Shown one piece after another: positions 1 to 8,740 of a DNA stretch of 64,000 nt. The notes beneath the pieces were generated by a model. The model ran no database searches. It was not told where the DNA came from and saw only the letters and a program-made list of their open reading frames with translations. This DNA is from an uncultured Gemmatimonadales bacterium (GTDB lineage Bacteria; Gemmatimonadota; Gemmatimonadetes; Gemmatimonadales; GWC2-71-9). The position numbers and the translations under genes are program-made. How positions within the stretch are numbered: the stretch's first letter is position 1; each line of letters opens with the position of its first letter. The DNA is taken from the NCBI GenBank assembly GCA_963697435.1, contig CAVOOB010000001.1, forward strand, positions 142,276 to 206,275, given 5' to 3'.

Positions 1-103
1 ACTTCCAGATCACCGGGAGCGTAACGCCAAAGTCGTAGACGGCACCCGTCCCATCCACCAACGTCGCCGTCAGCGGTAGAAGTTCCCCGACCTCAATAGT
101 CAT
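1..103 (-). CDS. N-terminal fragment of a CDS continuing past the left edge; Ig-like (Big_2-type) surface protein fragment
   Basis: Hand translation from ATG at 103..101: MTIEVGELLPLTATLVDGTGAVYDFGVTLPVIWK. The strand pattern resembles bacterial Ig-like domains. Too short for certainty. Confidence 0.3.
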   Translation of the reverse strand, partial: MTIEVGELLPLTATLVDGTGAVYDFGVTLPVIWK

Positions 104-132
104 CGCCGGGGGATCAACCCGAAGCCGGAGGC

Positions 133-1169
133 TCAGGTTCGTCGGACACTGGTCGCTCGTCCGGCGAGCACGCCAGTTTCGGTGGGAGCACCGGGGCAGT
201 CGAGGAATTGAATCACCACGCTCGAGAATACCATGGTGCAGCCGCTCCCACCCACCGTGGCATTGCTGATCTCTTCATCGGCCGACCTCACAACCATGCG
301 CCCTGTGCGGCACGCGGAACCTTCAGGGAGTTTCACCTCAGTCCCCACGAATTGGGTGAAATGCTCCGCAGTGGCCTCCATTGTGGCCGTCGCGGGGTCG
401 TAGCGCATCTCGCCAGGGGAGGATACGGATGCCTCCGGGCCCAACCGTCGCCAGGAGCGGAATGCTACCCTCCAGCGCGGGCAGCCCAGTGATGCGGACG
501 GTGGCTGGCTTCAGGAAGTGTATGCCGTCAGGCGCACCGACGAAGCCAGTGATGACCTTGGCATCGTAGGAGCGGAAGGCGTTGAGTGTCGGCGCATCGG
601 TAGGCGCTGGCTGGCAGCGGCGTGAGCTGAATTTCCGTGGGCCCGGCCAAGGCTCCACTGGGGATGGCCAACTCCACGGTTCCGCCAGGCAAATGAACCA
701 CGCCGCCGTTCGCGTCCACAAGCTTGGCACCGCCTAGAATCGAGACCCGGAGCTTCGAGCCCGGTTTGCCCGTCAGCCGCACCGTGAGCGCGTTGCGTTC
801 CTGCAGTACGATCGCTTGATGGAGGTGGCGCGGCCCGGTCTCGGTTGCGGTCCGCAGCGCGGGAATCACTTGCCCGTTCACGGAAACCGACCCATCCGCG
901 CCTTGCGTCGCCAAGTCATCAATGTCGATGATGTAGTCCGCCGCGGGGTCGGCGGTGAACGTGGCCGACTCCACTCGGGGGGACGCGGTCGTGCGCACAT
1001 ACTCGGTCGGCCCAAACGCGTTCGCCGTGGGTACAGCGACGTTGGCCGCGACGAGGGACGGCTGCACCGCCGGTCCGCTTGGCAGCTCATTCTCCGGCGC
1101 GCAGGCCATCGCGATCAGGAGGGGGAGGAACGACACAACACGGAGAGAGGCGGACCGAGAGCGCGACAT
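133..1169 (-). pseudogene. Secreted lipoprotein with the reading frame broken twice
   Basis: ORF 528..1169 begins with a lipoprotein-type signal (MSRSRSASLRVVSFLPLLIAMAC). Protein-like sequence continues in ORF 338..730 (APTDAPTLNAFRSYDAKVITGF...) and then ORF 133..444. Frame changes lie near ~600 and ~440. Confidence 0.5.
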
Positions 1170-1394
1170 AAGACCCCCGCTGAGTGGCGGCTGTCAGGTC
1201 ACGAGACAGCAGTGCCAGGTGAACGCGGCCTGACCGATGCCTGAAGATGGGCCGACGAAGTCAGCGGGGAGTCATCAAGGAGTCACGTACCTTCGCCCGT
1301 TGCGCCGCCCAGCCCAATACTGCCCTCCGGCCGCCGGCCCGCAAGAGGCTCAATCAGGATGGAAACACTCCGGATTCTCGGGCTACAATTCCAA

Positions 1395-1540
1395 CTAGCC
1401 CCACTCCCGCCGATGCCGCCTCCACCAGGGCAAGAGAGGGCGCGGCTGGTACGTGAGAACCCCAAGCTCCTCGTAGAGCACCCGCAGCCGGCCCCGGAAG
1501 CACTGGGGCCACTCGTCCCACCCAGCCGTTTGACGGGCAT
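1395..1540 (-). repeat. Copy A of a 3-copy repeat family encoding a degenerate mini-ORF (WDEWPQCFRGRLRVLYEELGVLTYQPRPLLPWWRRHRREWG*)
   Basis: Shares the exact 18-mer gagcacccgcagccggcc (1476..1493) with copies at 3016..3033 and 3910..3927. The ATG at 1540 is out of frame with the conserved WDEW... reading, so this copy is degenerate. Confidence 0.7.
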
Positions 1541-1640
1541 CGAGATCTCCCTTCCAAAGTGTCAGTCCTTCTCGGGTGAGCCTATGTTTCAGGTGTAGGC
1601 CGCCCTCCCCTAAACGAGTGCACCTCAGGAGACGCTCCCC

Positions 1641-2971
1641 ATGAGGGAAGAAATCGCCGAGATTCTCTCTCCCCAGAAGCACTGGAAACGTGGAGCTACC
1701 CCGGAGTTGCGCGCTTCCTGGCCGACCCGATCCCGACTGCTTTCGGCCGCCGTCCGCCTCACCGCCTTGCTCCTGGCCGCCGCATGCAGTGAGAGCACGG
1801 CGCCATCGGCGGACCCGCCCGTGTTCTCTCAGCAGGGGTCCAAGCTGGTCGGCACCGGCGCCGTGGGGTCTGCGCTTATGGGCGGTGCTGTGTCCCTCTC
1901 CGCCGATGGCAATACCGCCCTCGTCGGAGGGTACTTCGACAATGCGGGTGCTGGGGCAGTGTGGGTCTGGACACGGAGCGGAGGTGTTTGGACGCAGCAG
2001 GGATCCAAGCTGGTCGGCACCGGCGCGGTGGGGGCTGCCAACCAGGGCCATTCCGTGTCGCTCTCCGCCGACGGCAACACCGCCATCGTCGGAGGGCCCG
2101 ATGACGATCAGGTGCCGGGGCCGTGTGGGTCTGGACACGAAGTGGAGGTGTTTGGACCCAGCAGGGATCCAAGCTGGTCGGCACCGGCGGCGTGGGGACT
2201 CCCCTTCAGGGCTATTCCGTGTCCCTCGCCGCCGACGGCAATACCGCCATGGTCGGAGGGTACTTCGACGATGGGGGCGGTGGGGCCGTGTGGGTCTGGA
2301 CACGGAGCGGAGGTGCTTGGACCCAGCAGGGATCCAAGCTGGTCGGCCCGGCACCGTCGGGGTCGCCGAGCAGGGTATTTCCGTGTCCCTCTCTGCCGAC
2401 GGCAACACGGCCTTGGTCGGCGGGCGTAAAGACAATGTGAATGTTGGGGCCGCGTGGGTCTGGACACGGAGCGGGGGCGTTTGGACGCAGCAGGGATCCA
2501 AGCTGGTCGGCACCGGCGCCGTGGGGACTGCCCTTCAGGGTTATTCCGTGTCCCTGTCCGCCGACGGCAACACCGCCCTGGTCGGAGGGTAGCTTCGACG
2601 ATCTGGCGGCTGGGGCCGTGTGGGTCTGGACGCGAAGCGGGGGCGTCTGGACCCAGCAGGGAACCAAGCTGGTCGGCTCCGGCGCCGTCGGGAACGCCTA
2701 CCAAGGCTATTCAGTGTCCCTCTCCGCCGATGGCAACACCGCCATGGTCGGAGGGTATCTAGACAATGTGGATGCTGGGGCCGCCTGGGTCTGGACACGG
2801 AGTGGGGGCGTTTGGACCCAGCAGGGATCCAAGCTGGTCGGCACCGGCGCCGCGGGGGCTGCCGAGCAGGGTATTTCCGTATCCCTCTCCGCCGACGGCA
2901 ACACCGCCATGGTCGGAGGGTATCTGGACAATGCGGGTGCTGGGGCGGTCTGGGTCTTCACATCACAATGA
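1641..2971 (+). pseudogene. Secreted FG-GAP/beta-propeller-like repeat protein (~7 x 54-aa repeats), three frameshifts
   Basis: Signal-like N-terminus (LTALLLAAACSES). Repeat unit: GAVWVWTRSGGVWTQQGSKLVGTGAVG..QG.SVSLSADGNTALVGGY.DN. The repeat reading hops between ORFs 1641..2429, 2123..2440, 1690..2592 and 2441..2971, with shifts at ~2110, ~2345 and ~2590. The last is a 1-nt insertion: gggtaGcttcgac versus gggtacttcgac in sister repeats. Confidence 0.65.
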
Positions 2972-2979
2972 CGGCGACC

Positions 2980-3075
2980 ACGCGGCTGATAGGTAACCTC
3001 GCTGTCGAGCTCATCGAGCACCCGCAGCCGGCCCCGGAAGAACTGGGGCCACTCGTCCCAAGTGAAAGGCTGCAT
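2980..3075 (-). repeat. Copy B of the mini-ORF repeat family (MQPFTWDEWPQFFRGRLRVLDELDSEVTYQPRG...), 3'-truncated
   Basis: ATG at 3075. The conserved core is at 3016..3033. Similarity to copy C stops about where the FG-GAP gene ends (2971). Confidence 0.7.
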
Positions 3076-3145
3076 GGCTCGAGGAGCGCTTCCGGTTGCA
3101 GCACAGATGGAAACCCTCAAGCGTCACACCAATGCATCCCGAGCG

Positions 3146-3718
3146 CTAGAGTGCCTTGAATACCTCATCGCACCGCTGTGTGACGACTTCAATCATTGAA
3201 TGAAGATCGGCGACTATCGGAACGCGTGATGCGACGTGTGGAACGGCGGGCCTGTGGCGAGGATCAAGAGTCAGATAGGCAGTCTTGCCGGTAGAGGAAA
3301 TCACAAAGTTGAAGGGATTGGCGTCGCGATGGACCACCTCATTCCGATAATTGACGACCCTGAACATGAGCCCGTCGTCTGAATAGGGGTCCGGGGGGAG
3401 CGGAGTTTTGTGTACCTTGATATTGAGTCCCTCCATCGCGGCTACTAGTGTGGCTGACGCGGTGCTTGCGCGAAGCTTGACGCAAACTCTCCCAATACTC
3501 ACATCGTCGTCCGCAATCCCAAGCGCTTGCTCGCTGTTGACCACTTGGGCCATGAAATCCATGGCGCCAGACAAGTGGAAGAAGAACTCCTGCACCGCCT
3601 GTTGGCGCCCATCGACATCTGATGGCATCGTACCAGCCCTGACGAGCCCGACCAGGTCTGCCAGTCGTCGCTCCGCGAACCGTAGCTTCTGGCGAACGGT
3701 GTCGTGAATGGCTGGCAT
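3146..3718 (-). CDS. Hypothetical protein with a HEPN-like Rx4H motif
   Basis: Intact 190-aa ORF in a visibly A/T-richer stretch. The motif is NYRNEVVHRD (R-x4-H), as in HEPN RNase domains. No other family recognised. Confidence 0.55.
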   Translation of the reverse strand: MPAIHDTVRQKLRFAERRLADLVGLVRAGTMPSDVDGRQQAVQEFFFHLSGAMDFMAQVVNSEQALGIADDDVSIGRVCVKLRASTASATLVAAMEGLNIKVHKTPLPPDPYSDDGLMFRVVNYRNEVVHRDANPFNFVISSTGKTAYLTLDPRHRPAVPHVASRVPIVADLHSMIEVVTQRCDEVFKAL

Positions 3719-3819
3719 GGGAAATCGCCTTGGGGGGGAGTTGCGAAAGGGCGGGCATCAGAACTAGGCCCACACTACGATCTCACTCTGGTCGTGTTAA
3801 GTCCAGCCATCGGACGCGC

Positions 3820-3969
3820 TCAACCCACAGGCCACCACCGCCGATGCCTCGGCCAGTACCACGGCAGCTTGGGCCTCGGCTGATAGACGACCTCGCCCCG
3901 TAGCTCGTAGAGCACCCGCAGCCGGCCACGGAAGAACTCCGGAAACTCGTCCCAAATGAATGGCGGCAT
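3820..3969 (-). CDS. Copy C of the repeat family: an intact 49-aa mini-ORF
   Basis: Hand translation: MPPFIWDEFPEFFRGRLRVLYELRGEVVYQPRPKLPWYWPRHRRWWPVG*, from ATG 3969..3967 to TGA 3822..3820. It is below the ORF-track length cutoff. It is conserved at the amino-acid level with copies A and B. Function unknown. Confidence 0.35.
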   Translation of the reverse strand: MPPFIWDEFPEFFRGRLRVLYELRGEVVYQPRPKLPWYWPRHRRWWPVG

Positions 3970-4040
3970 GGCCCGAGGATAGCCCCTCGTCGCCCTGCCG
4001 CCTGTACCATTTCAGCGCACAACCCCGCAATCCTACGCGC

Positions 4041-5033
4041 CTACTGGCTGCTGAGGTCCACCTCGACACGATTGTCGTCGACGAGGATGATAGACTGATT
4101 TACGAGCTCCTGGCTCGTGATGTCAAAGTCGGCGAAGCTCAAGATCGCCTTCAGCGGGAAATAGGCCATTACATGCTCGGTTGTTGCGTCTGTGTAGTAG
4201 GGAGCGGTCCCATGTCGAACGTCTTGTCGAAGCATGAGCCCTCCAATGGCATCGTGAGGCATCGCAATTTTGGCAAATAGCTTAAGCAACGCCAATTGTT
4301 CCTCAATCAGCGCTCCAATCCGCTTACTGCGCGTTACCTGCAAGTCATTCCACGTTGAGCCATAGAGAGGCAGCGATATCGTCATGTAGGTCAGGCCTTT
4401 GAAGTCCTCTGAGCCAAGGGTCGTTCCATTCGCCGTGATGTGGGCGAACTTCAGGAGCGCCGTTCGCTCGGCCGGGGAGAAAGTGGCGAGGGGCCCAACA
4501 AACGTCACTGAGTCGATAGCCGCATATGACAACTGCAATACAGAATCGGCGGCCGCCACTGGCGCGATCAATGCGCGAGCGACCTCGGGTTGCTCCACAG
4601 GCACGAAGATGCGGAAGTCTTGGGTGCCTGAAGTGTTCACGGTAATTTCCCACATCTTCTGCTTGGTGCCGATGCGCGTCACCTTGATAATCTTATGAAT
4701 GTCGTAGCGCCCAGATGGAGGGAACCCAGCAGAGCGCCAATCACTCCTCCAAGTACCGGTGGCCGAGTCTAACACTTCTATGACGCCACCGTTCGACCGC
4801 GCATCCAAGTCGTATTTGTATGTAGCGAAGATCCCGGTCGACAAGTGGACATTCATCAGCGCCGTCGGGACGGCGATCACCACACTATCACGTTTCGAGA
4901 ACCCGGTGTCCTCACTCTTTTGGGCCTGCACGCTTGAGAACACAGATATGCTCGCCACGAGAGCGATTATGGTGCAGCGCGCGGTGGGAGGTAGGAACAC
5001 AAAACGGAACATGATGAACCCCTTGTTGCCCAA
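4041..5033 (-). CDS. Secreted hypothetical protein
   Basis: Intact 330-aa ORF with an N-terminal signal peptide (FVFLPPTARCTIIALVASISVFSSVQAQ). A/T-rich relative to its surroundings: a hand count of line 4261-4320 gives 26/60 G+C. Confidence 0.6.
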   Translation of the reverse strand: MGNKGFIMFRFVFLPPTARCTIIALVASISVFSSVQAQKSEDTGFSKRDSVVIAVPTALMNVHLSTGIFATYKYDLDARSNGGVIEVLDSATGTWRSDWRSAGFPPSGRYDIHKIIKVTRIGTKQKMWEITVNTSGTQDFRIFVPVEQPEVARALIAPVAAADSVLQLSYAAIDSVTFVGPLATFSPAERTALLKFAHITANGTTLGSEDFKGLTYMTISLPLYGSTWNDLQVTRSKRIGALIEEQLALLKLFAKIAMPHDAIGGLMLRQDVRHGTAPYYTDATTEHVMAYFPLKAILSFADFDITSQELVNQSIILVDDNRVEVDLSSQ

Positions 5034-5228
5034 TTTTGCAGGACGCGTAATAGCCCTGCTATTCTACGCTTCGCCCTCCGCTCCCGGAAGACCCTGCACC
5101 TGAGCCTGGTCGCCCACGTGTCCAAGGGCGTGGCCCGGCTAACCTAGCCGTCGGCCATCCAGATTCACAATGTTTCTCCTGCTCCCAACCGGGCAATTCC
5201 ACCGATCCGTACTGCCCTAAGGTCGACT

Positions 5229-5318
5229 GAGGTCGAACATGAGATCGAATATGAGGTCGCCGTTGAGGGCACACCCCAACGTCCGTTGAAGGTGTCCGTT
5301 GAGGGTTTTGGCACACCC
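5229..5318. repeat. Subterminal direct repeats just downstream of the cas1 3' end
   Basis: Three tandem 12-mers: gaggtcgaacat, gagatcgaatat, gaggtcgccgtt (5229..5264). Two copies of ccgttgaggg(N0-5)gcacaccc (5260..5276 and 5296..5318). One ccgttgaagg (5283..5292). Confidence 0.6.
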
Positions 5319-5326
5319 TCAGGGGG

Positions 5327-6762
5327 CTACGCGACCCCCACTCCCGCCTCCCTGAGGGCCTCCCAGTGCCTGGCATGGGGGACCACCTCCCCTGACCGGA
5401 TCCGGCTGCAGGCGCTCTTGGTGAGCCCCGTCTGAGACGCTAGGTCGAGCCAGTTTGACCCCCTGGATTCCGGGAAGCACTATCCCGCCGATAGAACCCC
5501 ACGTCGGCTTCACCGGGGTGCTTCCGGTTCCACGCCCGATCCTCCCGCCAGACCTCGCGCATTGCACGCCGACGCTTCGCCCCGGCCTCAGGGCCCCGTT
5601 GGCGGCTGCGGTCCGGTACATCGCCCTTCGAGAACTCCCGTCCCACCGGACGCTGTCCCCTACGCGGTCGCCTGGAGACCCCGCGCCCACCCACGGGGCG
5701 TTCCGCAGAGCGCCTCCCGTCCTTCGTCATGAGCCCCAGAGAGGCCTTGTCGGGTCGGTCCGCCTCCAGAAGGGTCGCCGCGACCTCTTGGGCAATCGGC
5801 AGGACCAGGCGGGCCCACTGCTTCGTGGTGGTCGCCAGCTCGGTGGTCAGCGGTGGCAGCAACCGGCAGCCCCCATCGAGCCCCTCGAAGAAGGTGTCCT
5901 TCGTGAACTCCCGGGCGGTGAGGAGTTCGAGCAGGAAGGCGTCGACGGCTGGGCGCGCGGGCTCCATGAGGTCGAACACCAACGAGTCCCGATTCCGGGC
6001 GTCCCTGTGCATCAGCCCCAACATGGGGTCGGCTCCGACCGCCAGGGCCGCGATCCGGGCCTCGGCCTCCAGGAGGGCGTAGAGGTAGTTCAGCATGGCG
6101 TTGGCGGGGTTCACGGCCCGTCGCGGGGGACGTCGTGAGGGGGGACACCCGGGTCCCAAACGACCGCCAGTGGGCGGGTCGGCGCTTGGCGTCCGCCGTC
6201 GCAAACCGGACCTCGAGCGGCTGCCAGGCGCCCCAATAGGCCCTAGCGGCCACCGCCTCGAGGACCCGGAGCTCCTTGAGGCTCTTCGTCTCCCCGAGGC
6301 GCCCAAGCACCTCCACGAGCATCGGTTCGGCCTCAGCCCCACCGGGGAGCCGGGGGAGCAGCTGCCGTTGCCCCTCGACCTTTCGCCGGATGAGCTCCTC
6401 GGAGATCCGCCCCGCCAATCCCGTCTCCCCAGCGAGGGCCTGATTGCGCCGAAGCGCCGGGATGACAGCCCCGGTGGGAGCTGCGACGAAGAAGACCCGC
6501 CCATCGCTGTCGAGGTGGGTAAGCGGGACCCCGACGCCGTTGAGCCAGCGGATGGCGTCGAGAGAAATGGTGCCGGCATGTCCGAGGATCAGGATCCGCT
6601 TGAGCTCACGATCGAGCCGGCGAAGCGCAGGCCGTCGCGCTTGGCGGCGAGTCCATCCTCAACCACAAGGTGGCCACGCTCCACGGCGATGCGGAGGCCG
6701 TAGCCCTGCAGGACGAGAACGTCGCGTGCCGGTTTGGATCGGGTAGCAGGTGAGGTGCGCAT
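5327..6762 (-). pseudogene. cas1: Cas1-family integrase (casposase-like) with a C-terminal HTH; at least 4 frame disruptions
   Basis: Hand-joined frames, in order: MRTSPATRSKPARDVLVLQGYGLRIAVERGHLVVEDG...; RLDRELKRILILGHAGTISLDAIRWLNGVGVPLTHLDSDGRVFF...; SRRPPRRAVNPANAMLNYLYALLEAEARIAALAVGADPMLGLMHRDARNRDSLVFDLMEPARPAVDAF; and a tail ...ILPGIQGVKLA / LASQTGLTKSACSRIRSGEVVPHARHWEALREAG*. Shifts lie at ~6618, ~6135 (G6 run) and two within 5330-5480. Confidence 0.8.
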
Positions 6763-6780
6763 CAGGGTGCTCCTTCAGGT

Positions 6781-7869
6781 TCAACGGCAAGAGAACAGCA
6801 TGCAGGTTACGGCGACGCGGGAGCGGCAAGCCGTGGTGGTAGAGATGCAGTCGATAAACCATGACGAGAACGATTCGAACAGTTGTCCCTGCTCGCCATC
6901 AAAGAGGGTGAAGCCTCGAACGCTGGCCATGGTGTGCTGTCGAAAGGCATACCACACCAGGAACATGTGGGGTGGCGGTCCATCGAATGGCTCGAGGGTG
7001 GGATCGTGCGCGTTTTGCATCACCCACATCGCGATGAATTCCTCCCGCCACACCTCGAGGTCGGGGCTATGCTCTTCCGAGAGCGCGGAGCGGATGAGGC
7101 TGGCCCCAATGTCTTCGCTGAGTTCAGCGAGTTGATCTCGGAGTTTCTGTCGCCACTCCTCCATCTCATCTTCTCGCGCCTTTGCTGCCCGTCGAGTGTC
7201 CGGCGTGGAGCCTTTCTTGCCCTCGGTTGGCGACCGTCGGAGTTCTGTCAATGCGGCCTCGAGCCCGGTGGGGACGCCTCGCATGCCCACGATTGCGTGC
7301 TCGATCGCGTCGAGATGTTCTTCGGCAATTTCTTCCTTCTTGATCCCGTAGCCTGACAAGACTCGCACCACTAGCGCTAGCGCGGTATCAAACTCGCCTC
7401 GGCGCGCCCCGGTGAATCGATTTGGGCGGATGCCGAACGCTCGAAGCCCAGGTGCTGATGCAAGGCGTTTGAATTCGCCGATGCCAGTAACCCCCGGCTC
7501 GTCGCTCTCCATCCGTTGAAGCGCGGTATTGACCTCGTCCTCGAACCTCGCGGCGAGCTCCTGTAGGAACTGTCGAACGGCAGGAGTCACGGGGAAACCC
7601 GCCAACCACATCATCCACGCCACCCACTTGAGATCCCGCCGTCGCCCCCGGCTGAGGAGCGTGCTAACCGCCAGCACGTGGTCGAGCGCCTCGGGGGGAT
7701 AGCCTAGCGACGTCGTTCCCCGGCCTCGCCCGAGGCTCCTCCGCAGGGGTCGGGGCACGAGGCCGGCCTTGTGCCAGCGGACCACCTGATCCCCTCGAAT
7801 GGTGTGCCCCCGGACCCGAGCCAAATCGAGCAACTCCTTGAGCGGGAGGGGCTTGGCAGCTTGCAGCAT
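6781..7869 (-). CDS. Hypothetical protein (362 aa) immediately upstream of cas1; possible N-terminal HTH
   Basis: Intact ORF whose stop is 19 nt from the cas1 ATG, so probably co-transcribed. No family recognised. Confidence 0.6.
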   Translation of the reverse strand: MLQAAKPLPLKELLDLARVRGHTIRGDQVVRWHKAGLVPRPLRRSLGRGRGTTSLGYPPEALDHVLAVSTLLSRGRRRDLKWVAWMMWLAGFPVTPAVRQFLQELAARFEDEVNTALQRMESDEPGVTGIGEFKRLASAPGLRAFGIRPNRFTGARRGEFDTALALVVRVLSGYGIKKEEIAEEHLDAIEHAIVGMRGVPTGLEAALTELRRSPTEGKKGSTPDTRRAAKAREDEMEEWRQKLRDQLAELSEDIGASLIRSALSEEHSPDLEVWREEFIAMWVMQNAHDPTLEPFDGPPPHMFLVWYAFRQHTMASVRGFTLFDGEQGQLFESFSSWFIDCISTTTACRSRVAVTCMLFSCR

Positions 7870-8032
7870 GCATCAAATATACAACAGTACGCGAGAATGC
7901 GTAAGTGACTGCAGGTACGAGATCTAGGTTGCCTCTTCCAGTCGAGAATCCGCGTTCCGGCACCCCTGCCAGGACGGGCTCGATTGGCCGCCTGACCCGC
8001 TGGGACAGGCGACACTCATCAGTGGAGGCAGT

Positions 8033-8227
8033 ATGAAATACCTCACCCCCGCGGACGCCGCTCGACGGCTCGGCATCACCCCCGCGGCAGTCCGGGCGAT
8101 GGAGAAGCGCGGCACGCTCAAAGCCGTGGCCCGAACGGAAGGCAACGGACGACTCTTCAGCGCGGCTGACGTGGCGACCCTCGCGAGGAAGCGGGCCCGC
8201 AAGCCCAAGGGAGGGCGCCATGGCTAA
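8033..8227 (+). CDS. MerR/excisionase-type helix-turn-helix DNA-binding protein
   Basis: 64 aa: MKYLTPADAARRLGITPAAVRAMEKRGTLKAVARTEGNGRLFSAADV. A GGAGG RBS sits upstream. Divergent from the 6781..7869 gene. Confidence 0.7.
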   Translation: MKYLTPADAARRLGITPAAVRAMEKRGTLKAVARTEGNGRLFSAADVATLARKRARKPKGGRHG

Positions 8228-8738
8228 GCGTCGCAAGCCCAGTCGAAAGGCGAAGCGCCCAGCGGAGCGGTCGCCCACCAAAGGGCTCACCGCCCAGTCG
8301 GCGCAGGCCGAACGCCGGGCCCTCAAGGCACTGTCGCTGATGCGGAAGGGGTTGTCCCGCGCCAAGGCAGCGACCCGGGCCGGCACCACTCCACGGACGA
8401 TCCAGAAGTACGCGAAGCCGGCCATCCGGCGACGGGAGGGCACCTATGAGGCGCTCCCCGCCGATCAGATGCGGCGCCCCATGCGCTTCCTCACGGACCG
8501 AGGCGTGGTCGTGGTCGACGTTCGGAGCTCCCGTTCCGCGACCAGTCTCTCCCTGTACTGGGCGGCGGTCGACCACTACCTCCGCACCGGGGAGCGCGAT
8601 CGGCTGCAGCCCTACGAGGGCAAGCGACTCCGGGCCGGCGGTCATCTGTTCGCCTACATCACGGACCCCGACCTCCTCATTCGGCTCGCCGAAGCGGGCG
8701 AGGTCCTATTCGAAGACCTCTACGAAGCCACGGCCTGA
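8220..8738 (+). CDS. Hypothetical basic protein (172 aa)
   Basis: Intact ORF whose start overlaps the stop of the HTH gene (8220 vs 8227), consistent with translational coupling. Confidence 0.55.
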   Translation: MAKRRKPSRKAKRPAERSPTKGLTAQSAQAERRALKALSLMRKGLSRAKAATRAGTTPRTIQKYAKPAIRRREGTYEALPADQMRRPMRFLTDRGVVVVDVRSSRSATSLSLYWAAVDHYLRTGERDRLQPYEGKRLRAGGHLFAYITDPDLLIRLAEAGEVLFEDLYEATA

Positions 8739-8740
8739 CC

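Noticed and set aside
1395-3969. The three repeats as integron attC sites
   Set aside because: There is no intI-type tyrosine recombinase in the window. The flanked genes are in mixed orientation. The repeats show amino-acid-level conservation of a reading frame rather than the imperfect-palindrome structure of attC.
5034-5326. A tRNA gene as integration target next to the element ends (also checked 12327..12520 and 13929..14077)
   Set aside because: I could not find a GTTCGAATC-type T-loop with flanking complementary arms or an acceptor/CCA arrangement by eye. This needs tRNAscan-SE to be definitive.
5327-6762. Cas1 as part of a CRISPR-Cas adaptation module
   Set aside because: There is no cas2, no effector cas genes and no repeat-spacer array anywhere in the 64 kb. 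The gene has a C-terminal HTH and is linked to PolB and HNH, which fits a casposase context instead.
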